Below the pieces are notes generated by a model that had not been told where the DNA came from, ran no database searches, and saw only the letters and a program-made list of their open reading frames with translations. The position numbers and the translations under genes are program-made. Below are positions 35,623-64,000 of a stretch of DNA of 64,000 nucleotides, in pieces. Source of the DNA: Trichoplax sp. H2 (lineage: Eukaryota); NCBI GenBank assembly GCA_003344405.1, contig NOWV01000145.1:1-64000 (forward strand), read 5' to 3'. Each line of letters starts with the position of its first letter. Position 1 is the first letter of the stretch.

Positions 35623-36864
35623 CTCAAAATCTTTATCATAGTAAACATCAATCATTTTACCTTCACATCCTTCTGATTCCATAAATATCCTTCCAAGTAA
35701 AATAACTGTACATCAAGACAAAGTAGGACGAATATCATCGTGACATTAATCATACAGTATGTTCGGTATTGTGCTGTATATTAACCCTAGTTATCCGATA
35801 AGGTTATATCACGGTCTGATTTGTATGACTTTCTTTACAGTTATTTGGGACTTGTCATGAAGTAAAAGGATGTTGTCGTTATGATCTTAAATTCACTTTT
35901 CTCTCTTTTAGTAGTCCCTGATACAGTATGTGCTACGATATAGGACATAGTAATTATGTTTTAGCTATTGCTATCTGAAATACAGCGGTTGACTACATTA
36001 TTTTGTTGGTCATTTCACTGTATAAAATTTCCTATTGGAAGTTCCCCCTTTGCCTGTTGGTAGCAACTTTTTAGACCGCATTTGCTAACAGTACAGTACA
36101 CAAGTGTTATTTAACACCATAGATTCTGATCCAGGATTGTATGCTTCCAACTGTAGGCTAAACTTATTAGTACTCATCATAAAAAGAAAGAATTCGTCCA
36201 AAAAGAAGGAAGGACGTAAGCGGCCTTACACGGCTGAAAGATGAGTGGGCCGGTCATTTTGCTAATCATTCTACCATGATACTAAAAGAAAGAGAGACTA
36301 TATTGTCAACCAAACCAAACTTGATCGTTCCATAGGAGTGAGGAGCAACGCTGTAAACAGTGCAAGGTGCTGGTGTACAATACAATTTAAAATGGCCAGC
36401 GAAACAGCAGGGACTACTCAATGGTCCATTTTCAATTTAATGAAAATTGCATATTGAGTAGTTCCTGGAGTTATTGCATCCATTCATTCCTGGTATATTT
36501 TCTTCTTTCTTTCTCCAGTACTTTGACTTGACAGAAAGCCTGAGGGGCTCATCTAAAAAAAAAAGTTCCTAGTCTTAGGGCAGAGTCGTTATGTTGAGTA
36601 GAGTATGAAAAGAAGAAAAAAATCTCTGTATATAGGCTAAAATTTAAATTTTAGAAGCCTAACCCTAACCCTAAAATTTAAATTCTAGATCATCAATTTT
36701 ATTTTGCCTAATAGCAAAAGAGAACTGGCTCACACGGCACAGTATACCGCCATGCACAGCCCTAGAATGTACTGTAGAGATCATTGAAATCTCTATACAA
36801 CACTATCAGAAATGGCAAGCACGGTACAGTACAAGTATTGTACTTTACAGTGTACTGGACTGTG

Positions 36865-36872
36865 TGACGTCA
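36865..36872. promoter_or_regulatory. Perfect CRE palindrome TGACGTCA, ~230 bp upstream of the LC3 ATG
   Basis: Motif seen directly, right after a TACWG tract; function inferred. Confidence 0.45.
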
Positions 36873-37100
36873 TTCTGGCGTTTATTTATCTTCAGGCAGT
36901 CTATGATGCAAAACAAAAAAATTTTTTGTTGTTGTCTTGCAGCGATCCTATCCAACGATTTATTTTGTTGCCCTTACTAACGAGGACGAAGAGAGAAGAA
37001 GAAAGAAAAATCCAATCATCCCCTCCATTCCATACTGTCATCATCGTATATTGTCTATCCTTTGCAATCCTTAGTCCAGCACTAACGTTGCCGTACAATT

Positions 37101-40174
<3,074 letters not shown>

Positions 40175-40861
40175 AGTCAAGTACTCAAAATATACGCTAA
40201 GTTGACTTTGTAACCATGTTCCAACGCATTATTTCGTACTAAGGAGAATTATCCGCTGTGAAACAACTTGACTGTAACACTCATCTCGTTATGGAAGAGT
40301 AGTTTGCATCCTTTAATACTCTGTATTCTATGGTAGATTGTGTAAGCCATTTTTATTGCATGTAAAATATGTTACATCTACTGAATTAAATCAACATCTA
40401 CAATTGCTAGATAATGTTGCAGATTAACCTTTAATACGTACCCAAATCCTAATTTAAATAACAATCACTTTTTCAATATCGTTCAACAAGATTGCAGTTG
40501 CTACAACGATATATTGTATTTATTATGACTAAAGGGGTACTCTTACGGAGTACCAAGTATATACTACATAATATGCAAATTGATGTCCATTATGCGTCTT
40601 AAGTACGTGTATCTTGATTCTCTAAAACACTTGTTCTGTTAAACGGCATATAATATATGAGAAAAACCTACTATTATATTTTGTAAATAATTCGGCTTAC
40701 ACAATATGAGTTCTTACTTAACAAATACTATAGACCTACTGATCCCTACTTGTAGAGTATGTTGACTTGTACTGTTGAAAAATAACTGTACTGGATTGCT
40801 AATAAAGTAAATATTAAAATCGATTCGCTGTAGCCCATTCTGAATGCGTTAACTCGTAAGC

Positions 40862-43800
40862 CTATTGTAAATTTTCCAAAATAACAGCTATTCCTTGACC
40901 ACCACCGATGCAGGCCGACCCGATCGCATACTTTGCACTTCTTCTCTTTAACTCGTAGATTAGGTGTCCAGCAATGCGAGCACCAGAGGCACCCACAGGG
41001 TGACCAAGGGAAATAGCACCACCATTTACGTTAGTAATTTCAGGATTTAAGTCCAATTCTTTCATTACTGCAAGCGCTTGAGGAGCAAAGGCCTCATTAA
41101 CCTGTATTGAATGAAGAAGACGTCTAGTCAAAAATCTATAACATTGCAAAATTTCGCTATCATCCGTAATACTCGTGTGCTAATTTTAATAGTTGCGTGA
41201 ATCAGTTAAAACAGTAAACGGACATAAAGAACATTGATGCGGTAAGCTAGACTATTTGAGATGAACTAGACGTGCCAACCTGTACAATAGTACAAATTTA
41301 TGCGCGTTTAAAGTGTTTAGTTACACCGATAGCGTAAAATTAAATTCCGAGATTGATCTGTAGTGAAACTTAACATAGATCCTTGGTAATTAAACTTTAA
41401 ATAGTACACATGCTAGAAATAATTCATTTACTCCTTTAAGAAATTATTATGATTGCAAGTGTATTTTCCAACCTCAACCAATGACATATCGTTCAGGCTC
41501 AAACCAGATTTACTTAATGCAGATTTGATTGCTGGAACAGGTCCAATTCCCATTACACGAGGATCAACACCAGCTATACCGTAAGCGACAAGTCGAGCTA
41601 AAGGAGTTAAATTGTGATCTTTAACTGCTTGTTCGCTGGCTAATATCACAGCTGCTGCACCATCACAGATCCCCTAATAAATTTTAAATATTCACGATAC
41701 AATTAAATATGGACTTCAATAACGATACAAGTTGTAACCATTTAAACTTTATATTGATCAGGCTTACGGTCAATCAATAAATGCATAACTGCTAATACTT
41801 ATAGAATGATAATTATACATTGCTAACTGTTTCTATAATAATACAGGTCGTAACTCGTAAGCCGTCATTAATGCTTCATAATGATTAACGCCAATTTATG
41901 AATTCATATCACTGTAAATAACTATTAAATGACGTTTGTAGACCCATCTGTAAACAACCGTCATTACTAACGCACCCTAATAGGCGTGTACGAGTATTAA
42001 ACGTAATAGGCATTTTTGCATCATACGTAGAAATACTTCAGCAATTATATATCTTCAAGGATGATACTTTACAAATTATTTTTACAAATTTTAAGGCACA
42101 AAACTGTGAAACGATATCAAGCTGTTTGTCATAATTTATAAGGTCTATATCATTCTACATTTTACATGTAATCTTTTAACCATAATTAAATTTAGATATG
42201 GATTAGCTCTGTAGTCTTACAGATGCATTGCCAGCATTCACTGTTCCACCCTTTTTAAAAACTGGTGGTAGTTTAGCCAACTTTTCCACTGAAGTCATAC
42301 GAGGATGCTCATCGGTATCGAAGTTTTCCGGCCCTTTTTTACCTTTAATAGACATGGGTTCAATTTCGTCTTTGAATTTTCCATCTTTGTTTGCTGTATC
42401 AAGTGCGATGGCGTACCATGATAAATAAAGCACGGAAAAATCGTTTCATGAGTTTTCAGCGAAATACAATTTTAACCATTACGTCAAATACTTTTATAAT
42501 AATTTAATATTTTTTATGTTATAGGGACTATATTTACAGTATAAAGTAATCATGTTGCAGAGTAAAACTTGCATCGTAATATCATGTTTGATTGGCTAAT
42601 AATATGACAGCTAATCGGATTATCGATATTTATTTAACAAACTGATTACTGTATAGTAATTACTGATAGTAAAGTTTGAATGATTTCTAGCAATTCATTA
42701 GTACAACACGCATGAAACATTACAAATGGTATCATTTTAAGTACCTTCAAACCAGCGTGTCTGCGATTGTACCGCAAACTGATTACATTCCTCCCCACTA
42801 ATGCTATATTTTTCAGCTAACGTTTCTGCAGTTATACCCATAGGAGTTTTTATGTAATTGTCTGTCAGCGTTTGCCATAATGTATCCTCCAGCTAGGTCC
42901 AGTAGTATTAAATATAAACATGACAGTCAGTGCAGTATCATTTACCATTTACTTTGTCAGTCAGTATAATGATGCCAACCCCCATGCAGCGACAAAATGA
43001 GTGTCCAACAATCTACCAACATCTAGACGTACATGCAAGAGCCTATCACATTGCATTAGCAGAATACTAACCTGCGGGCTGACACCAAGAGGGATTCCAA
43101 ATCTTGTACCTCTGACCGCGTATGGAGCTTGGCTCATACTTTCAGCACCAGCCGTTAATACGATCTTAGAGTCACCAATTTGTATCTCCTGAAAAAGAAA
43201 AGGAAATGGATCCAGATGTTAATATCTCAATTGCTAAATTGCTATTTAAAATAATAAATAAAGCCAGGATGATTTAAACTGTAGTATACGGAATAGACTT
43301 TAAAGTAGAGCTATTTCAATCACCTGGACTCCAGTTACTATCGCCTGGAATCCGGAACCACATAATCTGTTGACGGTTAAAGCGGGTGATTCAATCTTAA
43401 CACCACTCCTTAGTCCAACATGCCTGGCTATGTAAGGTCCATCTGATGAAGTCTAAAAGATAATATACGAATTTTTTTCGGTTAGTATGTTCATTACACA
43501 AAGGGCGGTCGATAAAAGTGCCTGCAATCATTTCCATTGCATGATAGTAAGAAATTTTAGTACTGTCGGACATTCACGTATCTTGCAATTGCCCATATGC
43601 TAGCTTAAATAACGCGAGGATAGTTGAACAATCAATAAATTCAGATACAATATACAATAGTACAGTTTGGATGTATAGGAGTCACTAGCACGATCTATGG
43701 GCAGCATGTGCTAATAGGGATTAAAATGCAAGTTTTAAAATAATTTAATAAATTGGAGCTATAGCACAAAGCGTAAATGTTTTCACATCCAGCACGATCA

Positions 43801-44639
43801 AAAGTCAACTACGCACCAGTAATTTAAATGGATTGATTAAACTTATCTGAGCGTACAACACTTGTGGAAATAACTGTTTATCACTGTATACAGTATACAG
43901 AAATATTGTAGTGTGGACTATCCTTTGCAGTGCCTGTACTAGGAAAAGATACGCCTGAACAATCTGACAAAAACCATGGATGATGATAATCGGACACTAC
44001 TGAATGCTTGAGCGTTTTATTGTCGGAATATTGTGTCAATAATTACAGTATGTAATTGTGTGCGTTGGTAGTAAGTCTGATCATTTCCAATTTTAAATAA
44101 TTGGGCGTCTAATTGGAGAGGCTACTATATGTAAGTAAAGCCTGCCTCCTCTCTTCTAGATTTGTCTCCAAGCGATTGGTACTAGGATCAAGGTAAGATA
44201 CAGTTACTGCATGCATACAAGAGTTATTTTACTTTCATGGACCTTGGCATTCATAGTATCTGCAGTACAGCCTGCATCATTTTATCAAAATAGGAGTTAT
44301 TATTATTTTTCCATTACTAACTGCAATTGAGCTTGAAGAAGAGAAGAAAATTCAGCGACAGCATCGTTACCAGTGTGTAAGTATGAATTATAACCATCAT
44401 CCTATTGCTGCAAGATATGTACTCAAATTTCAATTCAGGCCTACGTATTTATTTACCTGAGCAACGTTTCCAACAACAACAGAGTCTACCACCGTAGGAT
44501 CGACATTGCCGGCTTGCAAAGCTGCCGTTGCAGCCACTACTCCTAAATCTGTTGCGGTGAAATTCTTTAAAGCACCACCGAAAGTTCCAAAAGCTGTCCG
44601 CTTGGCAGCAACAAGATAGACTGGACGAGCAAGTGCCAT
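40862..44639 (-). CDS. ACAA2: Mitochondrial 3-ketoacyl-CoA thiolase, multi-exon
   Basis: [71 protein letters not shown] and SACIGGGQG. Confidence 0.95.
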
Positions 44640-45340
44640 TTTAACCTGAATTGAAGACCTAAACTGCTTGATCGATGAAAGGATGGCGATATGAGCCGAA
44701 ATGGATACCAGAAATGCGACGGAATGCTTAAAGCCTAGACTGATAGAGAGTGTATGCTGTGTAAATTGATTGCCACCCCTGATTCCATCTGAAAGGTCAT
44801 TACGAGGCTAGATGATAACAAGTATTAGCCCAAAAGAAGCTGGAAAAGATTACTAAGTGTGACATATCATTTTGCACAGTAAACTAGAGCTGTACAGTAC
44901 TGTACTTTACCGTATGATACTATAGTGTACCGTACGCTTCATCGTTGTATAGGTAAATCTATCAGGTAACAAACTGTGTTTACTCTGATAATACTGGTCA
45001 TTTATCCTAATCCATTACTATACTATTCCTTATACACCGGATGAACGTTTCCATCCAGTAGCTACAAATTGAACCGATTTACCTCCAATAAGTTATCCGC
45101 AATGTCTATTGGTAAATCCATTTTTAATTATTTATTTCCAGAACTGATGCAATATAACCTTTTCTTACATAACAACAGCTCTTTATTATGCTCAAATCCT
45201 TCTTTACTTAATGTATAATAGTATAGGGGAAAGCATTGCATATCAACGTCACTGCCAACTGTAGCATGTTTAGAAGTTGATATTATTATTTATTTATACA
45301 CTGTATTTCAATTTTGGACCCCAGCTACACTACCTAACGA

Positions 45341-46505
45341 ATCGATTGCATTGATTTATGCAGAAAGTTCTTTCGTCTAATCTACTATTTATCGATATGT
45401 AACTGTAGGAAATTCTCCACTCTAAGCTGTTGACTCAATATTAATCACTCGATCAGCTTGAAAACATTCAGAAAATTAGCTATGACACTTGCAGTCCTAG
45501 CTCATGGCTTTAAATACCTCTATGCGAGATAGTTTCGTATGCAGAATAATCAACTAGTAGTGATCCATCTCGATAAATTACTACCAGATGCATCGATTGC
45601 ATTGATTTATGCAGAGAGTAGGTCAGCTTGAAAACATCAAGAATATTAGCTATGATACTTGCAGTCCTAGCTCATAGCTTTAAACATCTCTATGCGAGAT
45701 AGCTTCGTATGCACAATAATCAACTAGTAGTGATCCATTTCGATAAATTACTACCCGATGTATCAATTGTATTGACTTATGTAGAAAGTTCTTTCGTCTA
45801 GTCTACTATTTATCGATATGTAACAGTAAGAAATTCTCCACTCTAAGCTGTTGAGTCCATATTAATCACTCGGTCAGCTTGAAACAACAAGAATATTAGC
45901 TATGATACCTGTAGTCCTAGATCATAGCTTTAAACACCTCTATGCGAGATAGTTTCTTATGTAGAATAATCAACTAGTATTGATCCATCTCGATAAATTA
46001 CTACCCGATGCATCGATTGCATTGACTTATGCAGAAAGTTCTTTCGTCTAATCTACTATTTATCGATATGTAACAGTAGGAAATTTCCACTCTTAGCTGT
46101 TGAGTCGATATTAATCACTCGATCAGCTTGAAACATCGAGAATATTAGCTATGATACTTGTAGTCCTAGCTCATAGCTTTAAACACCTTTATGCTCTATG
46201 AGATAGTTTCGAATGTAGAATAATCGACTAGTAGTGATTCATCTCGATAAATTACTACCCGATGTATCGATTGCATTGACTTATGCAGAAAGTTCTTGCG
46301 TCTAATCTACTATTAATCGATATGTAACTGTAGGAAATTCTCCACTCTAAGCTGTTGAGTCGATATTAATCACTCAATCAGCTTGAAAACATCAAGAATA
46401 TTAGCTATGATACTTGTAGTCCTAGCTCATAGCTTTTAACACCTCTATACGAGATAGACTCGTATGTAGAATAATCGAATAGCAGTGATCCATCTCGACA
46501 AATTA
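45341..46505. repeat. Tandem array, ~5 copies of a ~250 bp unit (second copy internally deleted by ~80 bp)
   Basis: atcgattgcattga.ttatgcaga starts at ~45341, 45592, 45762, 46012 and 46266. Confidence 0.95.
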
Positions 46506-46848
46506 ATCCACACAATTGACATGTAGCAATAGGAATGTAGATTACTGCATCATGCAAATATACATACGCAAATTCAATAAATCATAATGAGGTTAAAAAT
46601 TCTATTTTCTATCAATATTCTGTCTATAGAGCTATCAGAGTACAAGGTGGTACTTTACTACATCAGAAGCAGTAGCATAATTGAACATACAGGTATAAGA
46701 GTATTCCAACGTTATAAACGGTGCAATTCTAGTCAGTTACAGTACTGTAGTGATATCTTTTGACGGCATAATCGTCATATAAAGTACAGCACTAGGTGAC
46801 GTAAAAGATTCGCTTGTACTTAATAAAGTAATTATAGATAACGGACAG

Positions 46849-47265
46849 GATGAAATGGTGTATTTTATCGGCTAAAAACCTATTCGTTCTATACTCGTAA
46901 ACTGAAATTTATAACGAGGAATTAAAACTACCAAGAAGGAAATTGTACACTATCAGCCTACTATTCTCCCAGATATCTATCGATAGTGCAACTCAAAATA
47001 GTGATAACTACCTACCGCCAAGAGATCACAGTAAACTATTAGCTTCAGCTTTAGCGATGATGAAATGGTGTACTTAAGCAGTTAAAAGCCCACTCATTAT
47101 ACGCGTATAAACCGAAATTTGTAAGAAGGGATTAAAACTGCTAAGAAGGAATTGTACACTATAAGCCTACTGTCTTCTCCGATATCTACCGACAATACAA
47201 TTCAAAATACTGACTATTACCTACCGCCAAGAGGTCACAGTAAACTATCAACCCAAACTTTAAAG
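46849..47265. repeat. Tandem duplication, 2 copies of ~210 bp
   Basis: gatgaaatggtgta..tacctaccgccaagag.tcacagtaaactat at ~46849 and ~47059. Confidence 0.9.
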
Positions 47266-50200
47266 ATAAATTAGCCAATTTTATACCGTAGCTACATAAA
47301 TATTAATGATACAGTAAGTGTACATTTATCTATGCAAATACGTATCTATGAAATACTAAATAGCGGCATTATCAGTAAATATCTAATTATGCTATCTATC
47401 AAAACTAAGAGAACAATTTCTTTGCGAAAGTGATATTCATGCAGGAATATGAATATACAATGTGAAATTGTTTTAACATCTAATCGGTGCAGCACTATAT
47501 ATATAGTATGAAGCCCACAATCTCTAATTGTAAGAATAAAAAGATATTCTAATCGGTAATATATTTTATGCATAAGAGAATCAATATTAGAATCACCTTT
47601 TACAGCATATAGTATTGAATCGTTACCGTAACAGTAAATTACATTAATCTGTATATCGTTAATGCTTTGGCAGTGGATATAGTACACTTATTAAAGGATC
47701 TAATTGTATTTCATTTAAAATTTTATTTTACTTGTAATCTATTATAAAGACTTAAGATAAACTGATACATTACTTCTGCCTAGCAAGTTGCAACAACGAT
47801 TTGAACTTCTGCATCGATTGGAAGTTAAAGAAATCAATACGATAGGCATCCCAAAAATGTAAGGAGGCTTGTAATATTAGAGAAGGTCGTGAAGATGATT
47901 CCATTAGTAAAGATTGATAAAAAATTGAAATAAAAATAGAAGGCACCTTATCGGTGAGAGATTGGCGTGATAGCAGCAAGATATTATTAGGAATAAAATG
48001 AGAAATTATGCGTATTCAGTCAATTTTATCTGAGAAATCAATAGGAGTTTGTGAAGAGACCATTGGCGCTAATCATTTCTCTCGCTCATAACTAGCAATT
48101 ATGAAAGACGAAAACCGAAAACAAATCAAGATAAGGGATAAGCATCGATTAGCTTAGCTGTTAATAATATCCATCTTGGTATATATGAATAATTAATCAT
48201 TAACGTTTTTAATTAAAGTTTATAAGAAGTGATGGTGCTAATAATATATCGTACTTAATAACCATTCACTAACTGTCAATAAATACTATAGCAGCCTGGT
48301 AAATATTAAATTCTGATAGCTAAAGATATACAGGATTCAGAATGAAATTGATAGCTTACTATTCTCCACTAAATTTAAAGATCAATCGTTAAATAATAAC
48401 ACGCAGTAGAGATTCTAATTTCCAATCACACTACTAATTAATTCTAAATGAACGAATTTTTTATACATCTGAAGTTGGCCCTAAAAAGTTACCGCATGAT
48501 GGTAAGGATAAACATGAACAGAAACAGAACTAGGAATCGTACGTTAAAAGTGTAGCCGCCTAAAAATCAAATATATTTTAATTAAGAATCATTTATAAGA
48601 ATTAAATAAATAATAAGCTACAGCCATACGCCTAAAATTGATTGTTCAATGCCAAGATATCTCTTTAACACAGGCATCGTTTTCACATTCTAGTTGATAA
48701 TGATAATGTAAAGCAATTAGCCGTTTCTTGTAATACTATAGTCAATAATGTACAATTTGAAACAATGCTAGTTGTACTTTTCTAGATCGGTTATTTGGCA
48801 AATAATTTAATACCATTAATCCAACGCTATTATTATGCAATATCTGTTGATGACAGTACAGTAGAGGTATCTGCATTTTTACTCTTCATTAATTATGTAA
48901 TAATGAAGAGATAGAAGGAGAGTAATGTTAAGTTAGTCATTGCATTATTGAAAAATAGACAATTCACGTCATACAATACGTTTTTGTGATAGAAAATACT
49001 CACTTTGCTGGATGGTTAAATACAATAAATTCCATTTCTTTAACCAGAAATCGCCAATTGAAAGGATTGATAATAATCATCGATATTACAAAATAAAATA
49101 GAATAGCTAAGAGTTAATTTCAATGCAGTATCGATATGCTTTGTAAGTCATTGCCATAGCTAAGGAGCATGATCTATTATAATCTTTAATATCAAAGAAA
49201 AAATAGGGAAATCAGACAGCTAGAATTTTTCAATACCCTCGATGACTGCTTATTAATTTACTTGAGAAATAAACTATTTCATCTTTCAGCTATTGTCAAA
49301 TATTTCAAGGAATCGATTGAAGTGAATTAATCGCAACTAGGGGAAAAATAATCCATGACCGCCCAGGGAGTAAACTCTGAATTTTTATTCCATCTGGAAT
49401 TGTAATACAAACATTTTGACATTCCACATTTCAAGGTAAGACAGATTGGTAGCGAAAGATATCGTCATTGCTTTTAATAGAAGCAATTAGCAAAGTTAAC
49501 TTGTAACAAAATGAATCCATCACTAGTAACAGACAAAGAAAAATTTTCTATTTTAGCTGTATCGGATGCATTAACTGTCGAATAAATATCTTTAACGACT
49601 GTACAAAGCTAAGATTAGAAAAATTAATGGAGCATAATTGAGCGATGGAAGGCGAATTTTTGTTTATCAGCAATCTAGCCATATTGAAATCATTCTGTGG
49701 TTTAAAGATTAATTTAATAAATTAAATTTACACCCATGCGGATGTAGTTTGTTCGCTTTTTTTAAGAATAAGGATTAACGCAATTCTGTTTGAAGTAGTT
49801 TATGATGAAAGCTATCGATTTATTTTCTACTAACGTAAATGAAAGGATAGTCAGTAGAGTTAGAAGCGAAAGAAGAATACTCTATCTTAAATCATTTTAA
49901 TTGCTTATTACTTGTTTACTATACGCTACTCGATCCAATGATATTACTGCAGATGCAATTGATTCCCATTTAAACTAGTCTAGATAACTGTATCTATTCG
50001 AAATAATGTATTAGAAGAACTTGAAGATGAACGATATATTTTCCTTTTTTCTTACTAACGTTTATGGGAGAAGGCCCAGTCCAATCAGAAGATTCATAAT
50101 AACACTCCATCATCAACTATTTTAGTCGCTCGTTAACGAACGACTAAAAGCGTGTTAACTTTACACTACTGTATCCAATAATATTGTCCAATAAAACACA

Positions 50201-50504
50201 ATATCCGCATCTAAAAATATTCGATTAGTAATGCAATTGTATCCCTATTTATTTTGAATCATTTCAAAAAGTAGCCTGCAAGTCTATAGAACGACGCTGG
50301 TTCTTTTATTGTCTATCGACTTTTAAACACATCCAGTAATAATACACTTCCTGCAATTTTCTATAATTGGATTAGTGGTGATAATTTTCAAGTTTCTTTT
50401 TCAACACTATGTTCAATAAAGATAATTCATTTAAGCTTGATCATTAAAATGAACCTAATATTGAGGTGGAGAAATTTGTTATTATTTTAATAGTGTAAGA
50501 CGGT

Positions 50505-63880
<13,376 letters not shown>

Positions 63881-64000
63881 GTTTGTATAATTAATTATCA
63901 ATAAATTATAATAGTATAGTGACTATCATATGCATAATAAGGTATTCTTAGAATAGAAGCAATGATAAATATTTTAAAATTACATTATGAGATTATTAAA

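Noticed and set aside
45341-46505. CRISPR-like array
   Set aside because: Eukaryotic context, whole units repeated, no unique spacers and no cas genes.
47346-48150. ORFs and coding-like fragments upstream of the ABCC gene
   Set aside because: Frequent stops and no family I can recognise; not supportable without a search.

Overview
AT-rich, intron-containing eukaryotic (animal) DNA with compact genes. Gene style suggests a placozoan such as Trichoplax (inference, not tested). Eleven protein-coding genes can be assembled by hand from GT-AG exons: SIAH-type E3 ligase (+, intronless), KIAA2026/BRD10-like bromodomain protein (-), L-gulonolactone oxidase (+), Aurora borealis/BORA (-), DCAF7/WDR68 (+), prolylcarboxypeptidase PRCP (-), DDX51-like DEAD-box helicase (-), SLC35G-like transporter (+), LC3C-like Atg8 (+), thiolase ACAA2 (-) and a short-type ABCC4/MRP4 transporter (+, runs off the window end). 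There are many local tandem duplications of 85-270 bp. Most notable unexplained signals: (1) self-complementary TACAG/TACTG pentamer tracts next to the 5' ends of most genes; (2) a probable decayed LRR single-pass receptor pseudogene at about 24.9-26.3 kb, absent from the ORF track; (3) tandem duplications that span intron/exon junctions; (4) a canonical-looking bromodomain in the BRD10 orthologue; (5) a predicted GC-AG intron. No rRNA, tRNA, CRISPR array or intact transposase was recognised. Exon and repeat coordinates were read by eye and may be off by a few bases.
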